A DNA stretch of 64,000 bases from Candidatus Latescibacterota bacterium (GTDB taxonomy: Bacteria; Latescibacterota; UBA2968). Every line of letters starts with the position of its first letter. The first letter of the stretch is position 1. The notes below the pieces were generated by a model that was not told the DNA's origin, ran no database searches, and saw nothing but the letters and a program-made list of their open reading frames with translations. Location: positions 4,032,001 through 4,096,000 of the forward strand of contig OZ242010.1 of NCBI GenBank assembly GCA_965204745.1, in the 5' to 3' direction. Position numbers and translations under genes: made by a program. Of this stretch, positions 39,843-49,628 are shown in pieces.

Positions 39843-39868
39843 GTATTCATTCCCCATTGTTTTGCGAT

Positions 39869-40486
39869 TTAAGTGACGACCACATGAATGGCCTCGCAAA
39901 CATCTTGAATAAAATCTACGGCGTCCGTCGACTCAGAAGGCGAAATGGGCCAACGGCTTTCGGTTCCGGGATAGTCCGGATCCAAGTCGGCTTCATGGGC
40001 GATTTTATTCCGGCGATCAACGATAAGGCGAAGCCGATTTTTCACATCTGGCACTGTCAATCCCAGGTGCGAAGCAACGGAGGGCCATAACTCGCTCGAG
40101 GAGAAAAGCCGAACCGCATCGGCTATCTTGTCTGGGTGCTGAAAAGCCAAATGTCCGTGGCTCTCGCGGATTGCCGTCTCAAGCCAAGCGTTCCCACTCG
40201 ATCCGGCAATCCCTGTCATGGCGGCATCTATCGTCACTTGAAAGCGCGAGAAAGCATTGGTCGGAGGGCGTTTTCCATCGTACACCTCTAACATCCCAAT
40301 CCGGGTGATCGAATGGATGTAATGGTCGAGCGCGCTCACGACCATCACGATTTGTGTGCGTAAAAGATCGGTCACATCTACGATAGGCGTCGTCAATTGC
40401 CCCAATGCCTCATACAACCCGCCGATGGCACGCACCCGTTCCATATTCGCACGAAATTGTTGAATGGCACTAGGTCGTGTTGACAT
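39869..40486 (-). CDS. HEPN domain protein (RiboL-PSP-HEPN-like); current start codon supplied by an IS end
   Basis: VMVVSALDHYIH, FQHPDKI, RRNKIAHE (Rx4H). Confidence 0.8.
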   Translation of the reverse strand: MSTRPSAIQQFRANMERVRAIGGLYEALGQLTTPIVDVTDLLRTQIVMVVSALDHYIHSITRIGMLEVYDGKRPPTNAFSRFQVTIDAAMTGIAGSSGNAWLETAIRESHGHLAFQHPDKIADAVRLFSSSELWPSVASHLGLTVPDVKNRLRLIVDRRNKIAHEADLDPDYPGTESRWPISPSESTDAVDFIQDVCEAIHVVVT

Positions 40487-41333
40487 TTTATTTTTTTAGC
40501 GTTATGGACTGATTAGGTTCTGTTGACATTTGGGATATTTTGAGTTACTCTGTGTGTATGTCAAACCTTATTCTTTCTGCGAACCAGTGGCCTAAAATTC
40601 TCGCATTCATCCGCGAATGCCCTCGCGTCTATGTCGGCGAGGAAGCCGGTTGCAAACGCTTCATTGAAGCGGTTCTGTGGGTGATGCGCTCGGGTGGTCA
40701 GTGGCGTCAGTTGCCCGCACAGTACGGGAAGTGGAACACAGTCTATAAACGCTTTGCTCGCTGGTGCCGGTATGGCGTGTGGGAACGCATGCACCAGCAT
40801 TTTACGTCTGATCCAGACTTGGCATGTCTGATCATTGACAGCACTGTCGTGCGTGCTCATGCCTGTGCAGCGGGTGCCTCAAAAAAAAAGGGGGGCAAGC
40901 CGCGCAAGCCCTCGGCAAGAGCCGAGGCGGGTTCAGCACCAAAATCCATCTCTGCACAGATGCGCGTGGCCTCCCGCTCCGGTTTCGACTCACACCGGGA
41001 CAAACCCACGATATCACGCAAGCCGAAGCGTTAATCGCTGGGTATGAGAGCCGATCTGTCATCGCGGATAAGGGCTATGATTCACAAGCGTTTCTGGACG
41101 TCCTTTCTCACCATGGACAGGTTGCCGTGATTCCGCCCCGGTCTTATCGCAAGACCCCGCGTGATTATGATCGCCATCGGTATAAGCAACGCAATTTGAT
41201 TGAGCGGTTGATTGGAAAAATGAAGCAGTATCGCAGGATATTTGCTCGCTTTGAGAAACTCAGCACGAGTTATCGAGGCTTTCTCGCTTTTGCGGCCACG
41301 CTCATCGCTCTAAAACAAAATGTCAACAGAACC
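40473..41333 (+). mobile_element. IS5-family element (core 40516..41333) with an extra captured end at 40473
   Basis: IRs ggtcgtgttgacatt (40473), ggttctgttgacatt (40516), aatgtcaacagaacc (to 41333); TA flanks each end. Confidence 0.88.
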
Positions 41334-41336
41334 TAA
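40558..41336 (+). CDS. IS5-family transposase, two ORFs joined by -1 frameshift
   Basis: WRQLP..YGKWNTVY, IDST; A9G6 slippery site at 40881-40895; -1 frame SRGGFSTKIH, ADKGYD, RNLIER. Confidence 0.88.
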
Positions 41337-42379
41337 GCATGTTCAATGAGCTTTATGATTCGGTCCGCACCCTTGTCGTATAAATCCCGAAATCGCAGCA
41401 TGGATTCCCTGGTGATTTCGAGTACGCTTCCGCGTCGTTCAAGTTGTTCATCGGTCAAATCGAAAATAGGAGCTTTGTGCTTTTGCGAAAGGGCGATCAG
41501 GCTGTTGAAGTCTGCCATCTGAAGAAGTGGTTGGTCTATCTGAAAACCAATTTTTTTGTACACCTTCTCGGGAAGCAACATATCGCGTTCTCTTAACACG
41601 GGTATGAGCTTTTCCTCAACTCCCTTTTTAATTTGATCAATCCAATTTTGGAATGCAGCAGCGGGGATTTTGCCCCTTCCCGGCCTAAATTTCTGAAGGA
41701 TCATTCCGAGAAACTTGGGCGTCTTATCGGGAAAAGGATAAACCGCCTCTCTGAGCACTCTTATTTTTTTTGCTTCCCCTGCCCAAGCCGACCATTTGGG
41801 CAAAACAGCGGCAAGGCTGTCCGTCGCCATTGCTGAAAAGTAATCCGGCATCATGGGAACGATGAAATAATCACTCGTCATCAGCAGGTTTTGGTTGATT
41901 GGCCCCAGGCTGGGGCTCATATCCACGAGAATAAAATCGGCGTCGTACTTCTCGGCAGTTTTAGAAAAGAGATCATGGAGAGAACCTGGCAAATTTTGGA
42001 GTGTCACCAACGAGCCTGACAACTCTTGGGCAATGCCCAAGGTGACTTCGTATTCGGCGAGGCCAATGTGACCGGGCAAGAGATGCATGTTCGGTTGTCC
42101 CTTGATTGCCTCACAAATCACGGGTTTAATCAGTGCGGGTTGAGATTCAAAAGCGGGCGCGAGACCGTCGCGGATATTCCTCACATCTTTTGATTTCATC
42201 GATGCAAAATCCCAAGCATCCTTGAATCCGAGAACCATGCCCGTGAGATTGCACTGCGGGTCGCAGTCGGCGAGGATCACCTTTTTCCCTTTGTTCGCCA
42301 ACATCCAACCGAGGTTGAAGGCAGTCGTTGTCTTGCTCACGCCGCCCTTGTGATTGAAGAGTGCAATTTGTTTTGCCAT
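41333..42379 (-). CDS. ParA/Soj-like ATPase (extended, ~350 aa)
   Basis: FNHKGGVSKTT, DCDPQCNLT, VDMSPSLG; GGAGG RBS; no parB adjacent. Confidence 0.85.
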   Translation of the reverse strand: MAKQIALFNHKGGVSKTTTAFNLGWMLANKGKKVILADCDPQCNLTGMVLGFKDAWDFASMKSKDVRNIRDGLAPAFESQPALIKPVICEAIKGQPNMHLLPGHIGLAEYEVTLGIAQELSGSLVTLQNLPGSLHDLFSKTAEKYDADFILVDMSPSLGPINQNLLMTSDYFIVPMMPDYFSAMATDSLAAVLPKWSAWAGEAKKIRVLREAVYPFPDKTPKFLGMILQKFRPGRGKIPAAAFQNWIDQIKKGVEEKLIPVLRERDMLLPEKVYKKIGFQIDQPLLQMADFNSLIALSQKHKAPIFDLTDEQLERRGSVLEITRESMLRFRDLYDKGADRIIKLIEHA

Positions 42380-42433
42380 GTGATGCCCTCCGTTGTGCTT
42401 TCGGGTTATCTGCATTCATTGAAGGATTTATTC

Positions 42434-43903
42434 CTACCCCACACTGCCTTCGAGGCTGATGCCGAGGAGTTTTTGGGCTTCGACTGCAAATTCCATGGGC
42501 AGTTCTGCCAAAACTTCCTTGCAGAACCCATTGACGATCAGGGAAACCGCGTCTTCTGTGGAGATGCCGCGTTGGTTGCAGTAGAAAATTTGATCCTCGC
42601 CAATTTTGGACGTGGTGGCCTCGTGCTCGACCTGCGCGGAGGGGTTGCGGACGTCGATATAGGGAAAGGTGTGCGCGCCGCACTGATCGCCGATGAGCAT
42701 GGAATCGCACTGGGTAAAATTTCTGGCGTCATACGCGCCCTTGAGCACTTGCACGGCACCGCGATAGGTGTTTTGCCCGCGCAGGGCGGAGATGCCTTTG
42801 GAGATGATGGTACTGCGCGTGTTTTTGCCGATGTGGATCATTTTGGTGCCGGTGTCGGCCTGCTGCTTGAGGGAGGTGACGGCGACCGAGTAAAATTCGC
42901 CCACCGAGTTGTCGCCTTGCAAAATGCAACTCGGATATTTCCACGTAATGGCCGAGCCGGTCTCTACTTGCGTCCACGAGATTTTGGCATTGACGCCCCG
43001 ACACGCACCGCGTTTGGTGACGAAGTTGTAGATGCCGCCCTTGCCGTTGATGTCGCCGGGATACCAGTTTTGCACGGTGGAGTACTTGATCTGTGCATCG
43101 TCCAATGCGACGAGCTCGACCACCGCGGCGTGAAGCTGATTCTCGTCCCGCATCGGTGCTGTGCAACCTTCCAAATACGACACATAAGCCCCCTCATCGG
43201 CGATGACGAGGGTGCGTTCAAACTGGCCTGTGTTGGCCGCGTTGATGCGGAAATACGTGGATAACTCCATCGGGCAGCGCACGCCCTTGGGAATATAGCA
43301 GAACGACCCATCGCTGAAGACCGCCGAGTTGAGGGCAGCAAAATAATTGTCGGTATGCGGCACGACCGAACCGAGATACTTTCTCACCAGATCGGGATGC
43401 TCTTGCACGGCTTCGGAAAACGAGCAGAAGATCACCCCCGCCTCGGCCAGGGTTTCCTTGAAGGTCGTCGCCACGGAAACGCTGTCAAAAACCGCATCGA
43501 CAGCCACGCCGGCCAACATTTTTTGTTCTTCGAGGGGAATGCCGAGTTTTTCGTAGGTCGCCAAAAGTTCGGGATCGACCTCGTCCAAACTCTCCGGGCC
43601 ATCGCCCGCATTCTTGGGCGCAGCGTAGTACACGATGCGCTGATAGTCGATATCCGGATACGTCACCATCGCCCACTGCTCGGTCTTTTTGCGCTTGAGC
43701 GGGTCGGTCATGGTCAGCCAGTGGCGATAGGCTTTCAAGCGCCATGCGAGCAACCAATCGGGCTCGTTCTTTTTCGCGGAGATAAATTGAATGATGTCTT
43801 CATTCAGGCCTGGGGGAGCGGATTCCTGCTCGATATCCGTCACCCAGCCAAATTTGTAATCGCTCGTCGCCAGCGTTTCGAGCTCTTGGGTTTGGGAACT
43901 CAT
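42434..43903 (-). CDS. sufB: Fe-S assembly protein SufB
   Basis: [29 protein letters not shown]. Confidence 0.97.
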   Translation of the reverse strand: MSSQTQELETLATSDYKFGWVTDIEQESAPPGLNEDIIQFISAKKNEPDWLLAWRLKAYRHWLTMTDPLKRKKTEQWAMVTYPDIDYQRIVYYAAPKNAGDGPESLDEVDPELLATYEKLGIPLEEQKMLAGVAVDAVFDSVSVATTFKETLAEAGVIFCSFSEAVQEHPDLVRKYLGSVVPHTDNYFAALNSAVFSDGSFCYIPKGVRCPMELSTYFRINAANTGQFERTLVIADEGAYVSYLEGCTAPMRDENQLHAAVVELVALDDAQIKYSTVQNWYPGDINGKGGIYNFVTKRGACRGVNAKISWTQVETGSAITWKYPSCILQGDNSVGEFYSVAVTSLKQQADTGTKMIHIGKNTRSTIISKGISALRGQNTYRGAVQVLKGAYDARNFTQCDSMLIGDQCGAHTFPYIDVRNPSAQVEHEATTSKIGEDQIFYCNQRGISTEDAVSLIVNGFCKEVLAELPMEFAVEAQKLLGISLEGSVG

Positions 43904-43939
43904 GGAAAAACTCCTTTTGAGAGGGTCAACACCACCGCA

Positions 43940-43968
43940 AACTTACCTTAAGCATACAAAAATGTCAA
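43940..43968 (-). promoter_or_regulatory. suf operon promoter
   Basis: TTGACA-17 nt-TAAGTT, followed by AAGGAG RBS of sufB. Confidence 0.65.
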
Positions 43969-44265
43969 GATTAAATCCAAAAAAATAGGGAGACAATCGG
44001 CTAATACATCTTCTCCGCAATAGCGACACTTAATCGCTTCTGCTTTTATCAGTTCAGCACAGTACGGGCACTTTTTCATCTCGCCGCGTTTAAGGGCTTC
44101 TTTCTCGACTACGGCCTGATTTTTAGGAACGACCAACGCCAGAATAAAACCAAATGGACCGAGCAAAGTTCCAAGTGCAAACCAACCACAACCGCTTCGT
44201 CCTTTTGTCGTGGCAACCACCGCGCTGACAACACCAAACAGAAACCAAATAAAAAGAAATTCCAT
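43948..44265 (-). CDS. Membrane protein with C-terminal zinc ribbon
   Basis: Two hydrophobic helices, [13 protein letters not shown]...CRYC. Confidence 0.75.
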   Translation of the reverse strand: MEFLFIWFLFGVVSAVVATTKGRSGCGWFALGTLLGPFGFILALVVPKNQAVVEKEALKRGEMKKCPYCAELIKAEAIKCRYCGEDVLADCLPIFLDLILTFLYA

Positions 44266-44293
44266 TGATGTTCCCTTCGTCGGATAGACAAAT

Positions 44294-44992
44294 TCAGTTC
44301 GCCCCAAGCATTTTGATTCCGAGGGCAAACAGACCGACCATGAGGCCGCCCAAGCTGAGCATGAGGCCGAATATCCATTTCAGCAGATCGGATTTGATGG
44401 CCTCAATTTTGGCTTCGGTGGACAAGCGCAGAGCCTCGATGTCGGCCTTGGTCTCCAACTGTTGGGCCTCAATTTTGGACTCGGTGGACAAACGCAGAGC
44501 CTCAATGTCGGCCTTAGTCTCCAACTGCTGTGCCTCGATTTTGGCTTCGGTGGACAAGCGCAGAGCCTCGATATCGGCTTTGATAGCCTCGATGTCGGCC
44601 TTGGTCTCCAACTGCTGGGTCTCGATTTTGGCTTCGGTGGACAAGCGCAGAGCCTCAATTTTGGCCTCGGTGGACAAACGCAGGGCCTCGATGTCGGCCT
44701 TGACAGCCTCGATGTCGGTTTTGGTTGACAAACGCAGGGCCTCGATGTCGGCCTTGACAGCCTCGATGTCGGTTTTGGTTGACAAACGCAGGGCCTCGAT
44801 GTCGGCCTTGGTCGCCAAGTACATGCCCTCGATATCGGCCTTGACAGCCTCGATGTCGGCTTTGGTCGCCAAGTTGCTGTTGAGCAAATTGACCTGCTCG
44901 TTGGCCAGGGCCTCCGCCTGTTGTTCGGTAAAGCCGTTTGCCGTCAGGTGCTTGACGAATTGATGCGTGTCAAAGGCGATGGCTTCGCTCAT
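44294..44992 (-). CDS. DUF1640/CCDC90-like membrane-anchored coiled-coil protein, copy 1 (232 aa)
   Basis: [20 protein letters not shown] head, LATKAD neck, repeat stalk, LLKWIFG TM anchor; GAGGAG RBS. Confidence 0.85.
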   Translation of the reverse strand: MSEAIAFDTHQFVKHLTANGFTEQQAEALANEQVNLLNSNLATKADIEAVKADIEGMYLATKADIEALRLSTKTDIEAVKADIEALRLSTKTDIEAVKADIEALRLSTEAKIEALRLSTEAKIETQQLETKADIEAIKADIEALRLSTEAKIEAQQLETKADIEALRLSTESKIEAQQLETKADIEALRLSTEAKIEAIKSDLLKWIFGLMLSLGGLMVGLFALGIKMLGAN

Positions 44993-45105
44993 GCTGTTCT
45001 CCTCGTCTGAAGTCCGCGTTGGCGGCTGTGCCTGTGCATCTACGCAGTTGTGCCCCATCCGTCTATTTGCACTTTTTGTCGTGTATTTTGATAGGGCAGA
45101 CAAAT

Positions 45106-45726
45106 TCAGTTCGCCCCGAGCATTTTGATTCCGAGGGCAAACAGACCGACCATGAGGCCGCCCAAGCTGAGCACGAGGCCGAATATCCATTTCAACAGAT
45201 CGGATTTGATGGCCTCGATTTTGGCTTCAGTGGACAAGCGCAGAGCCTCGATGTCGGCCTTGGTCTCCAACTGTTGGGCCTCGATTTTGGCTTCGGTGGA
45301 CAAGCGCAGAGCCTCGATATCGGCTTTGATAGCCTCAATTTTGGACTCGGTTTCCAACTGCTGGGTCTCAAGATCAGCTTTAGTCGCCAAACGCAGGGCC
45401 TCAATTTTGGACTCGGTGGACAAGCGCAGAGCCTCGATGTCGGCTTTAACAGTCTCGATGTCGGCCTTGGTGGACAATTGCAGAGCCTCAATTTTGGCTT
45501 CAGTGGACAAGCGCAGGGCCTCGATATCGGCCTTGACAGCCGCGATGTCGGCCTTGACAGCCGCGATGTCGGCCTTGATAGCCGCGATGTCGGTTTTGGT
45601 CGCCAAGTTGCTGTTGAGCAAATTGACCTGCTCGTTGGCCAGGGCCTCGGCCTGTTGTTCGGTAAAGCCGTTTGCCGTCAGGTGCTTGACGAATTGATGC
45701 GTGTCAAAGGCGATGGCTTCGCTCAT
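45106..45726 (-). CDS. DUF1640/CCDC90-like protein, copy 2 (206 aa)
   Basis: Near-identical head and anchor to copy 1; different stalk. Confidence 0.85.
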   Translation of the reverse strand: MSEAIAFDTHQFVKHLTANGFTEQQAEALANEQVNLLNSNLATKTDIAAIKADIAAVKADIAAVKADIEALRLSTEAKIEALQLSTKADIETVKADIEALRLSTESKIEALRLATKADLETQQLETESKIEAIKADIEALRLSTEAKIEAQQLETKADIEALRLSTEAKIEAIKSDLLKWIFGLVLSLGGLMVGLFALGIKMLGAN

Positions 45727-45777
45727 GCTGTTCTCCTCGTCTGAAGTTCGCGTCGCAGTCTATACTCCCCGTGCAAC

Positions 45778-46200
45778 TCATCCCCATGCCTTGCCGCTCG
45801 CACGCCTGCGTCGCTTGCTGCCGGGCAGGTCCTTTTTGGCAACGGCAAACCCGAGCAATCCCTTTTGCCCGAGCTTTTTGAGATAGGCGAGCAACGAGAT
45901 TTCGGCTTCTTTCAGATTGAGTTGGTGGGTTTTGCTCAGGCGTTTGATGATGGCTTCGACAGTTGTTCGCCCGTCGCACATGTCCCAGACCTGCGCGCCA
46001 ATTTCGTCGAGCACCAGGGTTTTGGTTTTGGGAATCCAGAAAATTTTGGACAGGGTCCGCACCTTCCACGAATCCCCGCGCGTGAGGGTGACGTGGATTT
46101 CGCCATCGTCATTTTTCTCCCACTCGACCTGATCGTTGCGAACGGGCTTGGATTTGAACATGGCCTCGCGGCCAATTTTGGGTTGTTTCTTTAAGAACAT
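45778..46200 (-). CDS. PqqD/RRE-like domain protein
   Basis: LDEIGAQVWDMCDGRTTVEAII...YLKKLGQKGLL. Confidence 0.75.
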   Translation of the reverse strand: MFLKKQPKIGREAMFKSKPVRNDQVEWEKNDDGEIHVTLTRGDSWKVRTLSKIFWIPKTKTLVLDEIGAQVWDMCDGRTTVEAIIKRLSKTHQLNLKEAEISLLAYLKKLGQKGLLGFAVAKKDLPGSKRRRRASGKAWG

Positions 46201-46219
46201 ATCAGAGCTCCACAGTTTT

Positions 46220-47170
46220 TTACGTCCCGTCGGAAATCGCCACGACATCTTCGCAACAGGCGTCCAAATCGGGCGCGTCTTCGGGATTTTTCCAAAACGT
46301 CTGCACAGCGAAAATTTTATTCGCCTCCAAATCCGTCCAAACCCGGCCGGATAAATTTTGCCGGGCGCGTGCGTTCCAAAAGGGCAAGGGCTGAAGCAGG
46401 CCCTGCCAGCGGCTTTTGGGACGACCATCGACCGAGAGCACGGCGTCGGGGCCGCGGGTTTGGAGGTCGGTTTCAAGGTGGAGGTTGCGGAGGCTTTTGG
46501 TAAAGAACGCCACGTACCACTCATCGAGATTTTTGTCGTTGAGAATCGTGCGCGCCAAGCTGAGGCGGTCGATGTTGAGCAGGGTGTTTTCCCTTTCAAA
46601 TTTTAGGCAGATATGCCCGGATTTGAGTTCAAAATTTTCGAGTTCGTACCCGGGCGGAGATTGGCAGATCAAGTCGTAGAGTGCCCAGGTATGGGGTTCG
46701 TCGGGCGCGGTGTCTCGCAGGGAGTTGAGCACGCGGGGCAGAACAGGGGCGAGGTTTTCATCCGTGCGTCCCATGATGCGAATAAAAATGAGGCGGTCCG
46801 AAATGGGGCTGTACGTCGCCAGGGTGTGGACGGTATAACGCGATTCCCACAAAAAATACTGCGTGTTTTGCATGCCGGGAAGGTCGAGGTCTATCGCTTT
46901 GGGGCTTCGTTCAACGCGCAGGCGGCTCTTTTGTTTTTTGGCATTCTTTGCCAACCCTTCGATGTAGCGGTCCACAATTCGCGCCACGCGGTCATCCCCC
47001 CGCGCTTCTTTCCACTCGAGTTCGAGGCGCGCAATTTGCGAATCGTCCAAACGCACTTCGCCCGCGTTGGCCTCGCCCGATATTTTGCCCGGATTCCATT
47101 CCGAGGGAATCGCCAAGCCAATGCCCTGCCAGGCAAAGGGTACGTACGTGTCAAACGCGAGATTTTTCAT
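46220..47170 (-). CDS. Hypothetical protein upstream of PqqD-like gene
   Basis: 316-aa ORF; TTGACA promoter-like element at 47244-47249. Confidence 0.7.
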   Translation of the reverse strand: MKNLAFDTYVPFAWQGIGLAIPSEWNPGKISGEANAGEVRLDDSQIARLELEWKEARGDDRVARIVDRYIEGLAKNAKKQKSRLRVERSPKAIDLDLPGMQNTQYFLWESRYTVHTLATYSPISDRLIFIRIMGRTDENLAPVLPRVLNSLRDTAPDEPHTWALYDLICQSPPGYELENFELKSGHICLKFERENTLLNIDRLSLARTILNDKNLDEWYVAFFTKSLRNLHLETDLQTRGPDAVLSVDGRPKSRWQGLLQPLPFWNARARQNLSGRVWTDLEANKIFAVQTFWKNPEDAPDLDACCEDVVAISDGT

Positions 47171-47336
47171 GGTGATCTTCCGAATTGGGCGGGATCGTCT
47201 AGTCGCTTGCTCACGACCATAAAATACAGGGGGGGATTTGCGGTGTCAAGCAGAGGATAGGGCAGTGTTGGCAGGGACAAAACAAGGGCAATGTCCCCAA
47301 TTTGGGTGGGAACGGAAAATCTTTTGAGATAAAACC

Positions 47337-47375
47337 TTGACGTATGCACTAATGTTCACTATATTCAAATGTGCA
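47337..47375 (+). promoter_or_regulatory. lexA promoter with candidate SOS box
   Basis: TTGACG-17 nt-TATATT; TGCAC-taat-GTTCA imperfect palindrome in the spacer. Confidence 0.6.
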
Positions 47376-47413
47376 AGAAAACAGGTCTTTCACCCGCAAC
47401 GAGGAGGTGTGTT

Positions 47414-48037
47414 ATGCGGAAACAACTCACTGCGCGCCAGCGAGAGATATACGATTTCATCGCGCAGGTGATCCGCAACAATGGCTACCCGCCCACGATC
47501 CGAGAAATCATGGTGGCATTTGGCATCGCATCGACCAATGGCGTGCGAACCACCCTGACCGCTTTGGAAAAAAAGGGGTATATTCGGCGGACCGCCATGT
47601 TGTCGCGCAGCATCGAATTGACCGATTACCAAGATGCGTCTCTTTCCGGCGACGTGCGCGACGTGCCCGTTATCGGTCGCGTGGCTGCTGGCGAACCCAT
47701 TCTCGCGACGGAAAACATCGAGCGCACGCTCGCGGTCGATTCCGGTTTTGTGCCGCGCGGCAATGTTTTTGCCCTCAAAGTCGAGGGCGATAGCATGCGC
47801 GACGCCGGGATTTTCGATGGCGATTTCGTGCTCGCACGGCAACAAGAATCCGCGCACCAAGGCGAGATCGTGGTGGCTGTGATCGGCGAAGAAGCCACGG
47901 TCAAACGCTACTATCGAGAAGGGGCACACGTCAAGTTGATGCCGGAAAATGACGCCTATCAGCCCATTGTGCTCGGCAAAAACCACGAGTCGTTCCGAAT
48001 CGCCGGCAAAATTGTGGGCCTGATGCGGTCATTTTAG
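47414..48037 (+). CDS. lexA: SOS repressor LexA
   Basis: LTARQ...GYPPTIREI, GRVAAG cleavage site, GDSM, ATVKR; GAGGAGG RBS. Confidence 0.96.
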   Translation: MRKQLTARQREIYDFIAQVIRNNGYPPTIREIMVAFGIASTNGVRTTLTALEKKGYIRRTAMLSRSIELTDYQDASLSGDVRDVPVIGRVAAGEPILATENIERTLAVDSGFVPRGNVFALKVEGDSMRDAGIFDGDFVLARQQESAHQGEIVVAVIGEEATVKRYYREGAHVKLMPENDAYQPIVLGKNHESFRIAGKIVGLMRSF

Positions 48038-48046
48038 CACCTATCC

Positions 48047-49126
48047 CTATCCGAATTTGCGCTTAAAAAGCATGCCCGGCAGTTGCTCGACATGACTTTG
48101 TATTTCGAGTTCCAACAGGATGTTGAGGGCTTCGCCAGAAGAGAATCCCGCGTCCCGTGCGAGCGCGTCAATATGCACTGGGGCGTCTGCGAGGGCGTCC
48201 CATACGCGCTGTTTTCGGTCCGAGAGAACGGGATCGGTTTGGCCGGTAGCTGGGGCATGGAGTTCGATCTCGGTCAAAATATCCTGCGCCATTTGCACGA
48301 GAATGGCGCCTTGGCGGAGCAGGCCATTTGTGCCCCGGCTTTTGCCCGAATAAATCGGCCCGGGGACCGCAAACACATCGCGGTTTTGGTCAAGGGCAAA
48401 TTGGGCGGTGATCAGCGCGCCGCTTTTGCTACCGGCCTCAACGACGACCGTGCCCAAGCTCAAGCCGCTGATGATGCGGTTGCGCCGGGGAAAGTTGTGC
48501 GGCTCTGGGGCCGTGCCCAGGGGAAATTCGGATAACGCGACGCCGCGTTCGCAAATCTGGTCAAACAGGCCGCGATTTTCTGGGGGATAGGGGCAATCCA
48601 AGCTGTTGCCGAGCACGGCTGCGGTCGCGCCGTGTTCGAGCGCGCCTCGGTGGGCATGGGCGTCGATGCCAACGGCCATGCCGCTGACGACTGTCACCCC
48701 TGCCTTGCCCAAATCACTGCCCAAGCGATGCGCGGTTTCTCGACCATAAGCCGTAAAAGAACGCGATCCCACGATGCTGATCGTGGGCTGTTGGCACGAC
48801 CGGAGGTCGCCTTTGACAAATAGCAGGGGCGGCGGTGCGTAGATTTGGGAGAGAATGGTGGGATAGAGTGGGTCGGAAAGCGTGCAAATTTGAATGTCCA
48901 AGTCCTGTGCCCGCGCAACTTGATCGCGCGCCCATGCCCAGTCCCGGTTGCAACATATAGACTGCGCCGTGCTCGGGCCAATGCCGGGCACACCGCACAG
49001 TGCTCGGGGCGATTGCGAGAGGATATTCTCGGGCGTTTCAAAGTGCTCGAGAAGGGTATAGTACGCAGCAGGCCCCAGGCCCGGCACCGCGTAGAGCACC
49101 AACCAAGATAGGGCATAATCGCACAT
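48047..49126 (-). CDS. dprA: DNA processing protein DprA
   Basis: IVGSR, VSGMAVGIDAHAH, FPRRNRIISGLS, SGALITA. Confidence 0.95.
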   Translation of the reverse strand: MCDYALSWLVLYAVPGLGPAAYYTLLEHFETPENILSQSPRALCGVPGIGPSTAQSICCNRDWAWARDQVARAQDLDIQICTLSDPLYPTILSQIYAPPPLLFVKGDLRSCQQPTISIVGSRSFTAYGRETAHRLGSDLGKAGVTVVSGMAVGIDAHAHRGALEHGATAAVLGNSLDCPYPPENRGLFDQICERGVALSEFPLGTAPEPHNFPRRNRIISGLSLGTVVVEAGSKSGALITAQFALDQNRDVFAVPGPIYSGKSRGTNGLLRQGAILVQMAQDILTEIELHAPATGQTDPVLSDRKQRVWDALADAPVHIDALARDAGFSSGEALNILLELEIQSHVEQLPGMLFKRKFG

Positions 49127-49179
49127 AATGCCTCGTTTGGAGTAGGCGTTTTTGAAGTCCACAATGCAAGGATTATGCC

Positions 49180-49212
49180 AAAAAAAAGAGCCTATATTTA
49201 TAGGCTCTTTTT
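49180..49212. terminator. Bidirectional intrinsic terminator-like hairpin
   Basis: A8-gagcctata-tt-tataggctc-T5. Confidence 0.65.
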
Positions 49213-49628
49213 GATTTTCAGGTGAATTTTTTGTTCAAATAGCTACCGATAGCGCGAAATATTTGACCGAGATTTAGACTTCGATGCGTTTTGGATGTGT
49301 TATGTCTCGCTTTTTTCCCATGCTTCCTCATCCACAGAAAACCATTCCTCAACCGTGTGGCGGTCTCGATCTGCGCGACGAATCGCCCCTTCTTTCAATC
49401 GCACGCGGAGATTGTTGCGTTGCTCGGGGCAAGGGACCTCAACATCTAGCATCCCGTTCCATTCCCCCTTCTGCCCGCGTTCAATCGTCCTCTTATCACA
49501 ATACCTGTGTTTACGCATCGTTCCAAACCTCGTTTTGTTTGCTGTCCCGTTTTCAAACTGCTCGCGGATCGTCGTTAGAATACGGCATTGGGAAAGCATT
49601 GGCAAGGTCAAAGTTGTTGCTCCGCCTC

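Noticed and set aside
41333-42379. Chromosome or plasmid partition locus
   Set aside because: No parB, parS or rep nearby; the gene is coupled to HEPN instead
44265-45697. Open antisense frames, and possible CRISPR or DGR interpretation of the repeats
   Set aside because: Repeats are in-frame coding modules with no unique spacers; no cas or reverse transcriptase gene in the window
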